A DNA stretch of 64,000 bases from Helicobacter cetorum (GTDB lineage Bacteria > Campylobacterota > Campylobacteria > Campylobacterales > UBA6016). The notes under the pieces are model-generated. The model did no database searches, was not told the origin of the DNA, and worked only from the letters and a program-made list of their open reading frames with translations. Shown here one piece after another: positions 28,623 through 37,579 of this stretch. A program made the position numbers and the translations under genes. Numbering within the stretch: position 1 is the stretch's first letter; every line of letters starts with the position of its first letter. The stretch lies in contig DZAX01000003.1 in assembly GCA_022729705.1 (NCBI GenBank), positions 17,214-81,213 on the forward strand, in the 5' to 3' direction.

Positions 28623-29669
28623 GTGAAGCAAGTTATTCTCCCATTATCGTCTTTTATTATATTACAAGGGTGCGGTCCTGTCGCTTATCAGCCTAAACCA
28701 ATTACATACGATAAGATGCCGATTCAGCAACAGATAGTGCAATATGAAGCAAACAATCCTTTTATTAGACAGTATCCGCTTCAAGCGCAACAAGTTGCTA
28801 CCGCTGTTGAAACTGAGCTTCCAGTAAGCGAAGAGGCTATAAAGATTGATAAAAAACAAATAAAAAAACAACTTACGCCAAAGCAGACACAGGCTATAGT
28901 CTCTTCACCTATTTTTGCACCCCAGATACAACTAGGAGTTTCAGCTTCGAAATATGCTTCACAAATATCCGGTATGAATTATGAGCAGTGTGGTATTGCG
29001 GCTGTAGTTGTGTCAATAAATAATCAATCCGCACAACCAGTATATGTAGATATAACTCAATTTTCTGCAACTACGGCAATGGGTGAGATGCAGCCATATA
29101 TGCCTATTGATGTGGTAAATATAGCCATGAATTCCGAAGGCTTTAATCAGGCGATAAAGGGGGCTGCCGAAGGTGCATTCGCAGGGGCGACAGGAGGAGC
29201 AATCGTTGGCGGACTTGTGGCTGTTGCACTTGGACTTAAATTTGAACATGGCGCAAGACTTGGTGCGGTAAGTGGTGGCATTGGTGGTGTAGGCGGCGGT
29301 GCTCAGGGGTATAGGCAAAAATTTTCTCAAGCGATGAGCTCAGAAGTAGAGAGCAAAAAATTTATGTCTAGAAATATTTATCCAAATACAACGGTTACTG
29401 GGGTTCTATTTTTTCCGAATGAAATAACTGGTTTGAAATTGCATTTACCAACGAAGACAGTTAATATAGTATTAAATGCGCCGATAGGGCAGTTTTCTAG
29501 TGTAGATTCAAATATTGCGGTTACGGCAGAGAAGGCTTTGGAGCGAATAAAAGCAAACGTTAAGGAAAAGCATCCGCCTGATGAAGTAAATTGCAAGGCT
29601 GGGGCTATTGCGCCAGTAGAAACGAGTACCGAAAAATGTGAATTTATAAAAGAAATCCAAACCCAATGA
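28623..29669 (+). CDS. Lipoprotein with a Gly-zipper-like segment
   Basis: GTG start, lipobox FIILQGC, Gln-rich linker and glycine-rich GAAEGAFAGATGGAIVGGLVAVALG...GGIGGVGGGAQG. Confidence 0.6.
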   Translation: MKQVILPLSSFIILQGCGPVAYQPKPITYDKMPIQQQIVQYEANNPFIRQYPLQAQQVATAVETELPVSEEAIKIDKKQIKKQLTPKQTQAIVSSPIFAPQIQLGVSASKYASQISGMNYEQCGIAAVVVSINNQSAQPVYVDITQFSATTAMGEMQPYMPIDVVNIAMNSEGFNQAIKGAAEGAFAGATGGAIVGGLVAVALGLKFEHGARLGAVSGGIGGVGGGAQGYRQKFSQAMSSEVESKKFMSRNIYPNTTVTGVLFFPNEITGLKLHLPTKTVNIVLNAPIGQFSSVDSNIAVTAEKALERIKANVKEKHPPDEVNCKAGAIAPVETSTEKCEFIKEIQTQ

Positions 29670-29789
29670 CTATAGGGCACCTCTAAAAACTATGTTTTTT
29701 CATAATGCGTTTAGTAGCAAAGCCAATGATTATAGGCTTTGCATAATTTAAAAAAGTGAAAAATAAGAGTTTTTAGAGGTGCCCTATAG
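29670..29789. mobile_element. 120-bp MITE-like element with perfect 21-bp terminal inverted repeats
   Basis: CTATAGGGCACCTCTAAAAAC (29670-29690) and GTTTTTAGAGGTGCCCTATAG (29769-29789) are exact reverse complements. The interior is itself palindromic (GCAAAGCC...GGCTTTGC). A second copy lies at 37375..37490. Confidence 0.75.
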
Positions 29790-30179
29790 TATTCGCAATA
29801 CTCGGTGATGCTGCGGTAAGCGCGGAAATTATACAGCGTCATTTTAAAGAGTTTAATATCTGTCCAAACGAAAATCAAAGAGCGGTACACACTAACTTGT
29901 TAAAAGTATATTAAAAATTAAAAAGTGTTTTTTGATGCTATTCAAAAGAAAATGCATAGTTTAGTAAGGCTTGTTGTGTATTAAATTGACAGTAAACACA
30001 AGATGTATTCATAGAGCTTTCGCAAGTCCTAGAGTAGTGGTCTTGCGCTTCAAAGTACGGTAAACAAATTTTGCATTTTATAGAAAACGGCTCGATAATA
30101 TTGGCAAAATGCAAGCTTTTATAAAATGCCCTATGTATGCGGATATCGCCATACTAATCAAAAACCAAAGGAAGTCTAA

Positions 30180-30815
30180 ATGATGCGATCTTTACAGCTA
30201 ATATTGATAGTAACTATTGTTTTTTTAAGTTCAGGGTGCGCCATCAAGGGCAACTATAATCATGATTACATAGCCCATGAAATTAAGCAAGATTTACAAA
30301 AAAATACCGACTTAAGTATGGTCATTTTTACCGTCAAAGCACTAGATGAATCGAAATTTATGGGGAAATATAATCAAGCTAATGGACAAGGCATCAGCGC
30401 AGTAGAGCTCGAATTACCAGTGGGACTTATAACAAGAGAAATTACATATGAATTTTTTAAACAATATTTTTCAAAAGTTGAAAAAGTTTCAGATGAGAAA
30501 TTATTAGAAAAAAACGGATACCAAATAGTTTTAATACCGGCTACTGAAGCTTTTTATTATGAGCCCGTCGCTATGTTTGCTACGGCAGGAGTTAGATTTA
30601 AATTACATATTATTATTAATAAAAATAATAAAACAGTTTTTAATAAAATATATGATTCAGGCTTAATAAATGGTGAAATGTCTATAATGACAAGCTCACT
30701 GCAAGAATCTGCTAATAAGACTTTTCATAAAGGGCTGTTTAATCTTTATAAAATAATTAATAAGGATATTGCGTTAGTTATTGCGAATGAATGGCATGCA
30801 AAAGAACTAAAATAA
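30180..30815 (+). CDS. Lipoprotein, AT-rich gene
   Basis: Lipobox FLSSGC after MMRSLQLILIVTIVF, 211 aa. No family recognised. Confidence 0.55.
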   Translation: MMRSLQLILIVTIVFLSSGCAIKGNYNHDYIAHEIKQDLQKNTDLSMVIFTVKALDESKFMGKYNQANGQGISAVELELPVGLITREITYEFFKQYFSKVEKVSDEKLLEKNGYQIVLIPATEAFYYEPVAMFATAGVRFKLHIIINKNNKTVFNKIYDSGLINGEMSIMTSSLQESANKTFHKGLFNLYKIINKDIALVIANEWHAKELK

Positions 30816-30840
30816 CTGTTTAGTCCCCCATTCTTACGGT

Positions 30841-31504
30841 ATTATAATACCCCAAAAAAACAGTACTCAAGACGATAAACAAAAACACCCCCATGGAGAG
30901 TTTAAAGAGTATAACATTGGATTTATCCATATTGACATTAAATATCTCCCCAAGATAGATAACGCAAGAAACTATCTTTATGTCGCCATAGATAGAGCCT
31001 CTCGTCTTGTCTTTGCCAGTGTATATCCGGATAAAAGTGCCAAATCTTTTCTTGAAGCGGCTTTGGATTTTTTCCCTTTTACGGCTACAAAAGTATTAAC
31101 AGATAACGGTAAAGAGTTTACGGATGGATTTCATAGAGGGCGTAAAGAATCATCCGGAAATCATCCATTTGACCAAGTATGCGCAAAGCATACAATTGAG
31201 CGCCGACGTACGCTGCCTTATACTCCTAAAATCAATGGTATGGTTGAACGGATGAATGGTAAGGTTAAGAAGAGTGTTTTATAAAGTTTTATACACGAGT
31301 GCTACAGAACTAAGCAAGGGGGTTGTGGCGTATATTTCACCATACAATAGAGTAATTAAACACTCAGGACTTGGACGCGAAGTGCCGGTGAGTTCTTTAT
31401 GTAAACGATTTAAAAGCGACCCTGAACTATTTAAGAGAGACTTTATTGTGATAGATGGGGAGAGGATGTGGCAAAAAAAGATATGGAAGAGACATAGAGT
31501 TTGA
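30841..31504 (+). pseudogene. IS481-like (rve/DDE) transposase remnant lacking the N-terminal HTH, frameshifted
   Basis: Frame 1: ...GEFKEYNIGFIHIDIKYLPKIDNARNYLYVAIDRASRLVFASVY...VLTDNGKEF...LPYTPKINGMVERMNG. It then continues in another frame from ~31256: ...YISPYNRVIKHSGLG. Confidence 0.75.
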
Positions 31505-31624
31505 TGCGCGTGAAAAATGGGGCGGCGAGACAAAGCTTACAAACGGCGACGTATGGTTTATCACACCAATGGTAAAAAAGATGCCGTGCGAAGTTGAGGC
31601 AAAGAGACTCTCGCAAGGAGAGTA

Positions 31625-31784
31625 ATACCATCCCCCACAAACCTAGCGCCCTATCTCTTGATGCAAATGCTTTGTAGCGTCGTTGATATTTCTTGATGTG
31701 CAATTAGCACACCTACGAAATATCGCCTAGCTACAAAACATTTTCATCTTCGATATAGTGTACTAGGTTTGTGGGGGATGGTAT
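31625..31784. repeat. 160-bp palindromic element bounded by a perfect 22-bp inverted repeat
   Basis: ATACCATCCCCCACAAACCTAG (31625-31646) and CTAGGTTTGTGGGGGATGGTAT (31763-31784). The interior has further imperfect symmetry. Confidence 0.7.
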
Positions 31785-31799
31785 AAGATTTTATCCGAT

Positions 31800-33545
31800 T
31801 TAGTTTTTAAAACCTTTTAGCTCCTCGTCGACTCTTGCAAGCACATCTTCCCAGTTCTCTTCAAAACTTTTGCGAAATAGTCGCATTGAGTCGTACCAAT
31901 CGGTAGTTTCACCCGCCAGTCCCCATCTCCAGTCTGGAACAGATGGAAGTAGCGTCCATGTCGGTTTGCCTTTTGCGGCGGCTAGATGCGCCACTGATGT
32001 GTCCACCGTGATGACAATATCCAAACATTCAATAAGAGCCGAAGTGTCCGAAAAATCATTTAAATACTCGCTCATATCCAAAAGATCAAGCGATTCTTGC
32101 AAAATCTTCAAATCCTCTGCTTCAAACTCTTTTTGGAGCGAAACAAAGCAACATTTTTTGTTTTTTAGCGCGGCAAAATTAGCCGCCTGAATAGACCTGT
32201 GGATGTCGCCGCTAAAATCTTTATTGCCTTTCCACGCTATGCCTACTTTTAGCTTTTCTGCCGGTAGTTTTGAGGTAAAAAACTCTTTTTTTGCTTCGTC
32301 GTCGCAAATATAGTTAATATTTTTTGGCTTAGCGGGGCTTGTTATGCCAAGAGCGTAAAGCAGACCGACAAGGCTGATGTGATAGTCAAAGTGTGGATTT
32401 TGGGCGATTATCTCCTCATGATCCATTACTCTAACCCCAAGAGAGGAGGCTTTAAATAGCGCTTGCAACGCTCCTTGCGGCGAGAAAATAATATTTGTGT
32501 TTTCTAGTTTCTCATGTTTTAGTAGTCTAGCAAAATTGATAGTATCGCCAAATCCCTGCTCATGATAGACAAGCAATGTCTTGCCGTTTGCGTCTTCACC
32601 TTTGTATCTAGGCGCGCCGCACAAAAGGTCGGTTTTTTGGCGGTATTCGTATAGTCTTAGCCCCTGTTCATAATCTCCTTCGGCCAAGCAGATAAGGGCT
32701 AGATTGGTTTTTGCGGCGTTTTTTGGATCTCCTAGCTTTATAGCTTTTAAAAACGCCTCTTTAGCCTCTTCATATTTTCCTTCCGATTTTAGCAAAACGC
32801 CTAGATTTATATGATTTACAGAATCGTTTGGATTTAGCTCAAACGCTTTTATTATCGCGCCTCTCGCTTTGTCTAGCTCCCCTTTGTCTATGAGAATATT
32901 TGAGATATTGCAGTATGAGCCGGCGTGGTTTGGGTCTATTTGGAGTACTTTGATAAAGTGTCCCAAAGCTTCGTCATAAAACTTTTGCTCCATTTTCATA
33001 ACGCCCAGCTCTGTTAGTGCGTTTTTTTTGTGTGCCGGATACCCTAGCGCTACGGTATACGCCTCTTCTGCGGATACAAACTCTTTTTTGCCCTTAAAAG
33101 CGGAGCCGAGCGTGATAAGTGCTTCGCCATCAGAGCTGTCGAGCCCAAAACATTTTGCCGCTTCGCTTATAGCCTCGTCATAGTTTTCAAGTCTTAGAGC
33201 CGCCTTGGCAAGATTTTGTCTAGCCGCTACAAAGTTTGGATCTAGGACAATAGCGTTTCTGTATAGATTTGCCGCTTTTACTATATCTCCTGATTTTGAC
33301 ACAATATTTGCCAAGTTGTTTATTGTTTGCGGATTTCGGGGGTTTGACTCTAGCGATTTTTGATACGCGTTTGCCGCCGCTTCATTTTTACCTTCGTTTG
33401 CCAGTATTACGCCAAGTAGATTCAAGGCGCGAAACTCTTTGTGATTTAGCTTTAGGCACTTATTCGCCCATGTTTTAGCCGCCCCCATATCCCCTGATTC
33501 ATAAGCATACGCCGCTTTAGCGTATAGTTCGTCTGTTTTTTGCAA
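31800..33545 (-). CDS. TPR-repeat protein with a C-terminal GT9-like (heptosyltransferase-fold) domain
   Basis: N-terminal TPRs (AYQKSLESNPRNPQTINNLANI etc.). The C-terminus has LLVYHEQGFGDTINFARLL and VITVDTSVAHLAAAKGKPTWTLL. Confidence 0.65.
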   Translation of the reverse strand: MQKTDELYAKAAYAYESGDMGAAKTWANKCLKLNHKEFRALNLLGVILANEGKNEAAANAYQKSLESNPRNPQTINNLANIVSKSGDIVKAANLYRNAIVLDPNFVAARQNLAKAALRLENYDEAISEAAKCFGLDSSDGEALITLGSAFKGKKEFVSAEEAYTVALGYPAHKKNALTELGVMKMEQKFYDEALGHFIKVLQIDPNHAGSYCNISNILIDKGELDKARGAIIKAFELNPNDSVNHINLGVLLKSEGKYEEAKEAFLKAIKLGDPKNAAKTNLALICLAEGDYEQGLRLYEYRQKTDLLCGAPRYKGEDANGKTLLVYHEQGFGDTINFARLLKHEKLENTNIIFSPQGALQALFKASSLGVRVMDHEEIIAQNPHFDYHISLVGLLYALGITSPAKPKNINYICDDEAKKEFFTSKLPAEKLKVGIAWKGNKDFSGDIHRSIQAANFAALKNKKCCFVSLQKEFEAEDLKILQESLDLLDMSEYLNDFSDTSALIECLDIVITVDTSVAHLAAAKGKPTWTLLPSVPDWRWGLAGETTDWYDSMRLFRKSFEENWEDVLARVDEELKGFKN

Positions 33546-34140
33546 GATTTTTCTTTTTGTTGGTGTATATGAAATAAGCGGCGGCGACTACGCACGACGC
33601 TATAACTACTATTGTAAATGTATCCGTGTATCGCTTAACCTCTTGGATGTTGTCGCCGATGAAATAGCCAAGAGCAGTTAACACGCACATCCACACAAAC
33701 GCCCCAAGGGAGGTAAAGAGCATAAAACGCCAAAGTCTCATCTTCGCAAGTCCCGCCGGAATTGAGATGTAGTGGCGCGCGATTGGTATTAGCCGCCCCA
33801 AAAATGTGGTGATTTCACCGTATCGTCTAAAAAAGTAGTCCATTTGGGCGAGTCGCCTGCGCGAAACTAATATCTTTGAGCCATGATTCCACAAAAAACT
33901 TCTGCCGTATCTACGCGAGACGACATAGTTTATCAAAGCTCCGGCAAGGCTTCCGGCGGTTCCTGCTAGGACGCTTAGAGTCGCATTTAGCTCTCCGGTA
34001 TGTGCCAAATATCCGGCGGGTATCATCACAAATTCGCTTGGAATTGGAAATACGGTGCTCTCTAGCGCCATCAAAACAAATATACCAATATATCCCCACT
34101 CTTTGACGGTTTCGACAAATAGAGCCGCTATCTGCTCCAT
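33517..34140 (-). CDS. DedA-family inner-membrane protein
   Basis: ALESTVFPIPSEFVMIPAGYLA, FLGRLIPIARHYISIPAG, 207 aa. Confidence 0.8.
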   Translation of the reverse strand: MEQIAALFVETVKEWGYIGIFVLMALESTVFPIPSEFVMIPAGYLAHTGELNATLSVLAGTAGSLAGALINYVVSRRYGRSFLWNHGSKILVSRRRLAQMDYFFRRYGEITTFLGRLIPIARHYISIPAGLAKMRLWRFMLFTSLGAFVWMCVLTALGYFIGDNIQEVKRYTDTFTIVVIASCVVAAAYFIYTNKKKNLAKNRRTIR

Positions 34141-34593
34141 TTAAGAGAGTAATCCGGCAAACGGCAATGCGGCGCTTCTATCCTCGGCGTAAATGCGTTT
34201 GCCATTTTTTATATCATACTTCCAAATTGGAGCTTTTGCTTTAAAATCTTCTACAAAGTCGTTGATTAAAGCTAGTGCGACTTTTCGTTTTGGGCTAAGT
34301 ACGGCGGCGATAAAACTGCTTGTGTGAAGCGGCGTATCGCCTTTTGAATGCGCCATTTGTATAATTGCGTTTTGTTCTTTTGCATTTTTTTGCCAAGCGT
34401 CAAACCATAAGTTTAGGATTGGTTCGTATATATCGAAGCTAAGCCCCTCGATGCCGTCCTCATCCCGCACTATGCCGACAAATGTAACAAATGCGCCAAA
34501 GTTTTGGTCTTTAAACTCTCTATGCCAGTCGCACACTATTTTTTCTACTTCAAGCGAGCCCTCATATAGCGAAAGCGCACTCATCCACCGCAC
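34141..34593 (-). CDS. moaE: Molybdopterin synthase catalytic subunit MoaE
   Basis: 150 aa, GAFVTFVGIVRDE...FDIYEPI pattern, immediately downstream of and overlapping moaD. Confidence 0.75.
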   Translation of the reverse strand: MRWMSALSLYEGSLEVEKIVCDWHREFKDQNFGAFVTFVGIVRDEDGIEGLSFDIYEPILNLWFDAWQKNAKEQNAIIQMAHSKGDTPLHTSSFIAAVLSPKRKVALALINDFVEDFKAKAPIWKYDIKNGKRIYAEDRSAALPFAGLLS

Positions 34594-34802
34594 ACCGGAG
34601 GGAGTATTGAGACTCTGTCCCCATCTTTTAGCGGCGTGTTTTTATCGCCTACAAGAGAGTCATTGAGGGCTACGGCTGAGTTTGCAAGCCAAGGTTTTAA
34701 GCTCTCTATCTCTTGAAGTTTTGCTCCGACTTCGCCTAGCGTAGACGCTTCAATCTCCATATCAGCCGTACCGATTGGTCCTAAAAATTCTATTTTAATC
34801 AT
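34581..34802 (-). CDS. moaD: Molybdopterin synthase sulfur-carrier subunit MoaD
   Basis: Start at MIKIEFLGPIG (ATG 34800-34802). 73 aa ending in the diagnostic C-terminal GG (ILPPVCGG). Confidence 0.8.
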   Translation of the reverse strand: MIKIEFLGPIGTADMEIEASTLGEVGAKLQEIESLKPWLANSAVALNDSLVGDKNTPLKDGDRVSILPPVCGG

Positions 34803-34818
34803 TTTGACTATTTTTCCT

Positions 34819-35178
34819 TTATCCGATAATTTGTCTAATGGCAGCAAAAAGAGCCTCCGCCTTAATCGGCTTTTGAACCGCCATCGCCGCGCCGCTCATC
34901 GCCGCTTCTTTAAGTCTATTTGCCTCCGAGACGGAACTTACCATGATGACTTTGACATCGCTATGTCTCTCTTTTAGCCCCTTTAGCGTCTCTATGCCTG
35001 ATATGCCGCCCATTTCAACGTCAAGCAATACGCAGTCAACAGCGGTGTAATCGTAAATCTCAAGAGCCTCTTCGCCGCTTTTTGCTTCAAGCACTACTGT
35101 ATGCTCCATACTTTCAAGCAAGTCCCGCAAAATTCTTCTAAATATTTTTGTGTCGTCTACAATCATAAAACGTGCCAT
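34819..35178 (-). CDS. Stand-alone CheY-like receiver domain protein
   Basis: MIVDD, LLDVEMGGISG, VIMVSS, QKP: the receiver acidic pocket, T/S and K positions. 119 aa. Confidence 0.8.
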   Translation of the reverse strand: MARFMIVDDTKIFRRILRDLLESMEHTVVLEAKSGEEALEIYDYTAVDCVLLDVEMGGISGIETLKGLKERHSDVKVIMVSSVSEANRLKEAAMSGAAMAVQKPIKAEALFAAIRQIIG

Positions 35179-35491
35179 TTATTCTTCCTTTTTTGCTTTT
35201 AAACGTTATAAACATATTTCTAATTTTAGGGTAATTTTTATAAAAGAGATATTGAGACTTTAATCGTGAGGGCTTTGGTTAACATAAGTTAAGAGTTAGG
35301 TCTTTTATTTTATTCTCAGAGTTTTCGTAAATAATGGCGCCTAGGAAGCTCATTTGTTTGATTCTCCTTTGTCTTGCGTCTTTGGAGGCTGATGTGGGTG
35401 ATTTTAGCATAAATTTTTTTGGGTTTAAAATTAAGATAAAAAGCGCTAGAATTCGCCTCCAAAAAAAATTAAAACCAATCAGGAGGTCACC

Positions 35492-35767
35492 ATGGCTTTG
35501 GATTCGGCAAAAAAAAGCGACATAATCGCCAAATTTAGCAATTCCGAAAAAGACACAGGCTCACCGGCCGTGCAAATCGCTCTTCTCACAGAGAGAATCA
35601 CATATCTTACAGAGCACCTTAAAGTAAACGCAAAAGACCACTCTTCAAGACTTGGACTTCTAAAGCTAGTCGGTCAAAGAAGAAGACTTATGAGATACCT
35701 AAAGAGAAAAGACTCAAAAAAATATGCTGAAGTTATCTCCACTCTTGGCGTTAGAGACAGAGTATAA
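35492..35767 (+). CDS. rpsO: 30S ribosomal protein S15
   Basis: [47 protein letters not shown]. Confidence 0.92.
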   Translation: MALDSAKKSDIIAKFSNSEKDTGSPAVQIALLTERITYLTEHLKVNAKDHSSRLGLLKLVGQRRRLMRYLKRKDSKKYAEVISTLGVRDRV

Positions 35768-35971
35768 TCCGCTTTACGCGCTTTTATATAAAATCCTCAT
35801 CATCCCGCATTTATGCGGGCGGCTTTAGCGAGACGCAAAAAACATTTATATTCCTATTGCCAATACAAGTAAACCCCATATTGGCGCATAGCGTCAGTAC
35901 TTCAAGACAAAAATAATCCTAATTAAAGTTTTCAGCTGTATAATCCTAAAAATTTAATTTGAAAGGTTTTT

Positions 35972-37135
35972 ATGGCAACCACAGACGAAATACGCTCCGC
36001 ATTGTCACAAGTGGCATACCCTGGTTTTACGAAAGACATCGTAAGCTTTGGTTTTGTAAAAAATATAGAGACGGGCGTTAAGCCTCGTATTGAGATTGAG
36101 ATAACGGCGAGTTCCGAAGAGATATCCTCTATATTGAAAGAAGATATCAAAAGCAAACTTTCTCTTATTGGAGTAAGTGATTTTGAACTTATATTAAACC
36201 AGCCGCAAACCCCAAGAGAGACCTCTTCAAAGGGTAAAAACATAGCTCCGTATATCAAAAACTTTATTATGGTAAGCTCAGGCAAAGGCGGCGTAGGCAA
36301 ATCCACGACAACGACAAATCTAGCGATAGCTCTTGCGATGCAGGGTAAAAAAATAGGCGTATTGGATGCGGATATATATGGTCCAAATATACCAAGGATG
36401 TTTGGCTTAACGGGAGCGCAACCGCAAGTTGAAGCAAATAGAGTAAAACCCGCTCACGCACTTGGTTGCGAGGTAATGAGCATGGGGATGCTGATGGAAG
36501 AGGGGCAATCTCTTATTTGGAGAGGGGCTATGATCATGAAAGTGATTCAGCAGCTGCTAACCGATATAGATTGGGGTGAACTAGACGCTCTTATTATCGA
36601 TATGCCTCCGGGCACAGGCGACGCTCAACTGACTTTAGCGCAAAGCGTGCCGGTTACCTGCGGCATAGTCGTCACAACTCCGCAAACGGTAGCGATTGAC
36701 GATGCAAAAAGAAGTCTTGATATGTTTGATAAGCTACATATTCCCCTCGGCGGTATAGTCGAAAATATGAGTGGCTTTATCTGTCCGGAAAGCGGCAAAG
36801 AGTATGATATTTTTGGCAAAGGCACCGCAACAGAGCTTGCAAAAGAGTACAAAACAACCGTTATCGCACAAATTCCTATCGAAGTAGACACTAGAAAAGG
36901 CGGAGACGAGGGTAGACCTATCACATATTACGCCCCGACATCAGAGAGCGCAAAAAGATTTCTTAAAGCGGCGGCGACTGTGTGGGCGAAGATAGAAGAG
37001 ATAAACAAAAACGGCGGAGCCTCAAACGAGACTATTCAACCAACAATAGGATTGGATGGCAAAACAAGTGCGTGCAGCTCCAGCGGCGGCGAAGAGTCAC
37101 ACTCGCACTCAGGCGGTGGTTGCGGTTGCAAATAA
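35972..37135 (+). CDS. apbC: Mrp/ApbC/NBP35-family Fe-S cluster carrier ATPase with a DUF59-like N-domain and a Cys/His-rich tail
   Basis: IRSALSQVAYPGFTKDIVSFGFV, deviant Walker A SSGKGGVGKSTTTTNLA. The tail is SACSSSGGEESHSHSGGGCGCK. Confidence 0.8.
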   Translation: MATTDEIRSALSQVAYPGFTKDIVSFGFVKNIETGVKPRIEIEITASSEEISSILKEDIKSKLSLIGVSDFELILNQPQTPRETSSKGKNIAPYIKNFIMVSSGKGGVGKSTTTTNLAIALAMQGKKIGVLDADIYGPNIPRMFGLTGAQPQVEANRVKPAHALGCEVMSMGMLMEEGQSLIWRGAMIMKVIQQLLTDIDWGELDALIIDMPPGTGDAQLTLAQSVPVTCGIVVTTPQTVAIDDAKRSLDMFDKLHIPLGGIVENMSGFICPESGKEYDIFGKGTATELAKEYKTTVIAQIPIEVDTRKGGDEGRPITYYAPTSESAKRFLKAAATVWAKIEEINKNGGASNETIQPTIGLDGKTSACSSSGGEESHSHSGGGCGCK

Positions 37136-37141
37136 AGCCAC

Positions 37142-37209
37142 TGATGTTATGCACAAGCACGAGCAAAGCCCGTGCTTGCGGCAGGGGCTATTCGCCCCTT
37201 GCATCCCCC
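37142..37209 (-). repeat. GC-rich multi-hairpin intergenic repeat, family A (inverted copy)
   Basis: The reverse complement GGGGGATGCAAGGGGCGAATAGCCCCTGCCGCAAGCACGGGCTTTGCTCGTGCTTGTGCATAACATCA aligns with 563..632. Confidence 0.75.
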
Positions 37210-37255
37210 TAAAGCTACCGGCTTCGCCGGAGAAATAAAATGCGCAAAGCAAAAT

Positions 37256-37328
37256 CTGCCGCAAATGCGGCTAGCTTCAGCAGCTCAGCGCCAGCGTAGC
37301 AACGGCGGGCTTTGCCCGTCGTTGCGTG
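37256..37328 (+). repeat. GC-rich multi-hairpin intergenic repeat, family B
   Basis: CTGCCGCAAATGCGGCTAGCTTCAGCAGCTCAGCGCCAGCGTAGCAACGGCGGGCTTTGCCCGTCGTTGCGTG aligns with 56740..56813 and with the reverse complement of 15271..15342. Confidence 0.75.
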
Positions 37329-37374
37329 CTACCCAGTATATTGTTCCAGCTCCAAACACCGTATTAAAATCATT

Positions 37375-37490
37375 TAGGGCACCTCTAAAAAACTATGTTT
37401 TTTCATAATGCGTTTAGTAGCAAAGCCAATGATTATAGGCTTTGTATAATTTTAAAAAGTGGAAAATGAGAGTTTTTAGAAGTGCCCTTA
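37375..37490. mobile_element. MITE-like element, second copy (slightly diverged inverted repeats)
   Basis: TTAGGGCACCTCTAAAAAAC...GTTTTTAGAAGTGCCCTTA. The interior is near-identical to 29691..29768. Confidence 0.7.
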
Positions 37491-37579
37491 ACATACTCAT
37501 AAATTTATCCAGCGCAGATTCTTTAACATCGATGGTTAGCAGCATCTTCGACCTCTTATTTGAAATTAATTTGCCTATA

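Noticed and set aside
37172-37408. ORFs 36982..37212, 37056..37238, 37172..37408 and 37414..37599 in the apbC/mrp spacer.
   Set aside because: They are read-through of GC-rich hairpin repeats and the MITE copy. Their Arg/Ala/Pro-rich composition is typical of translated repeats.
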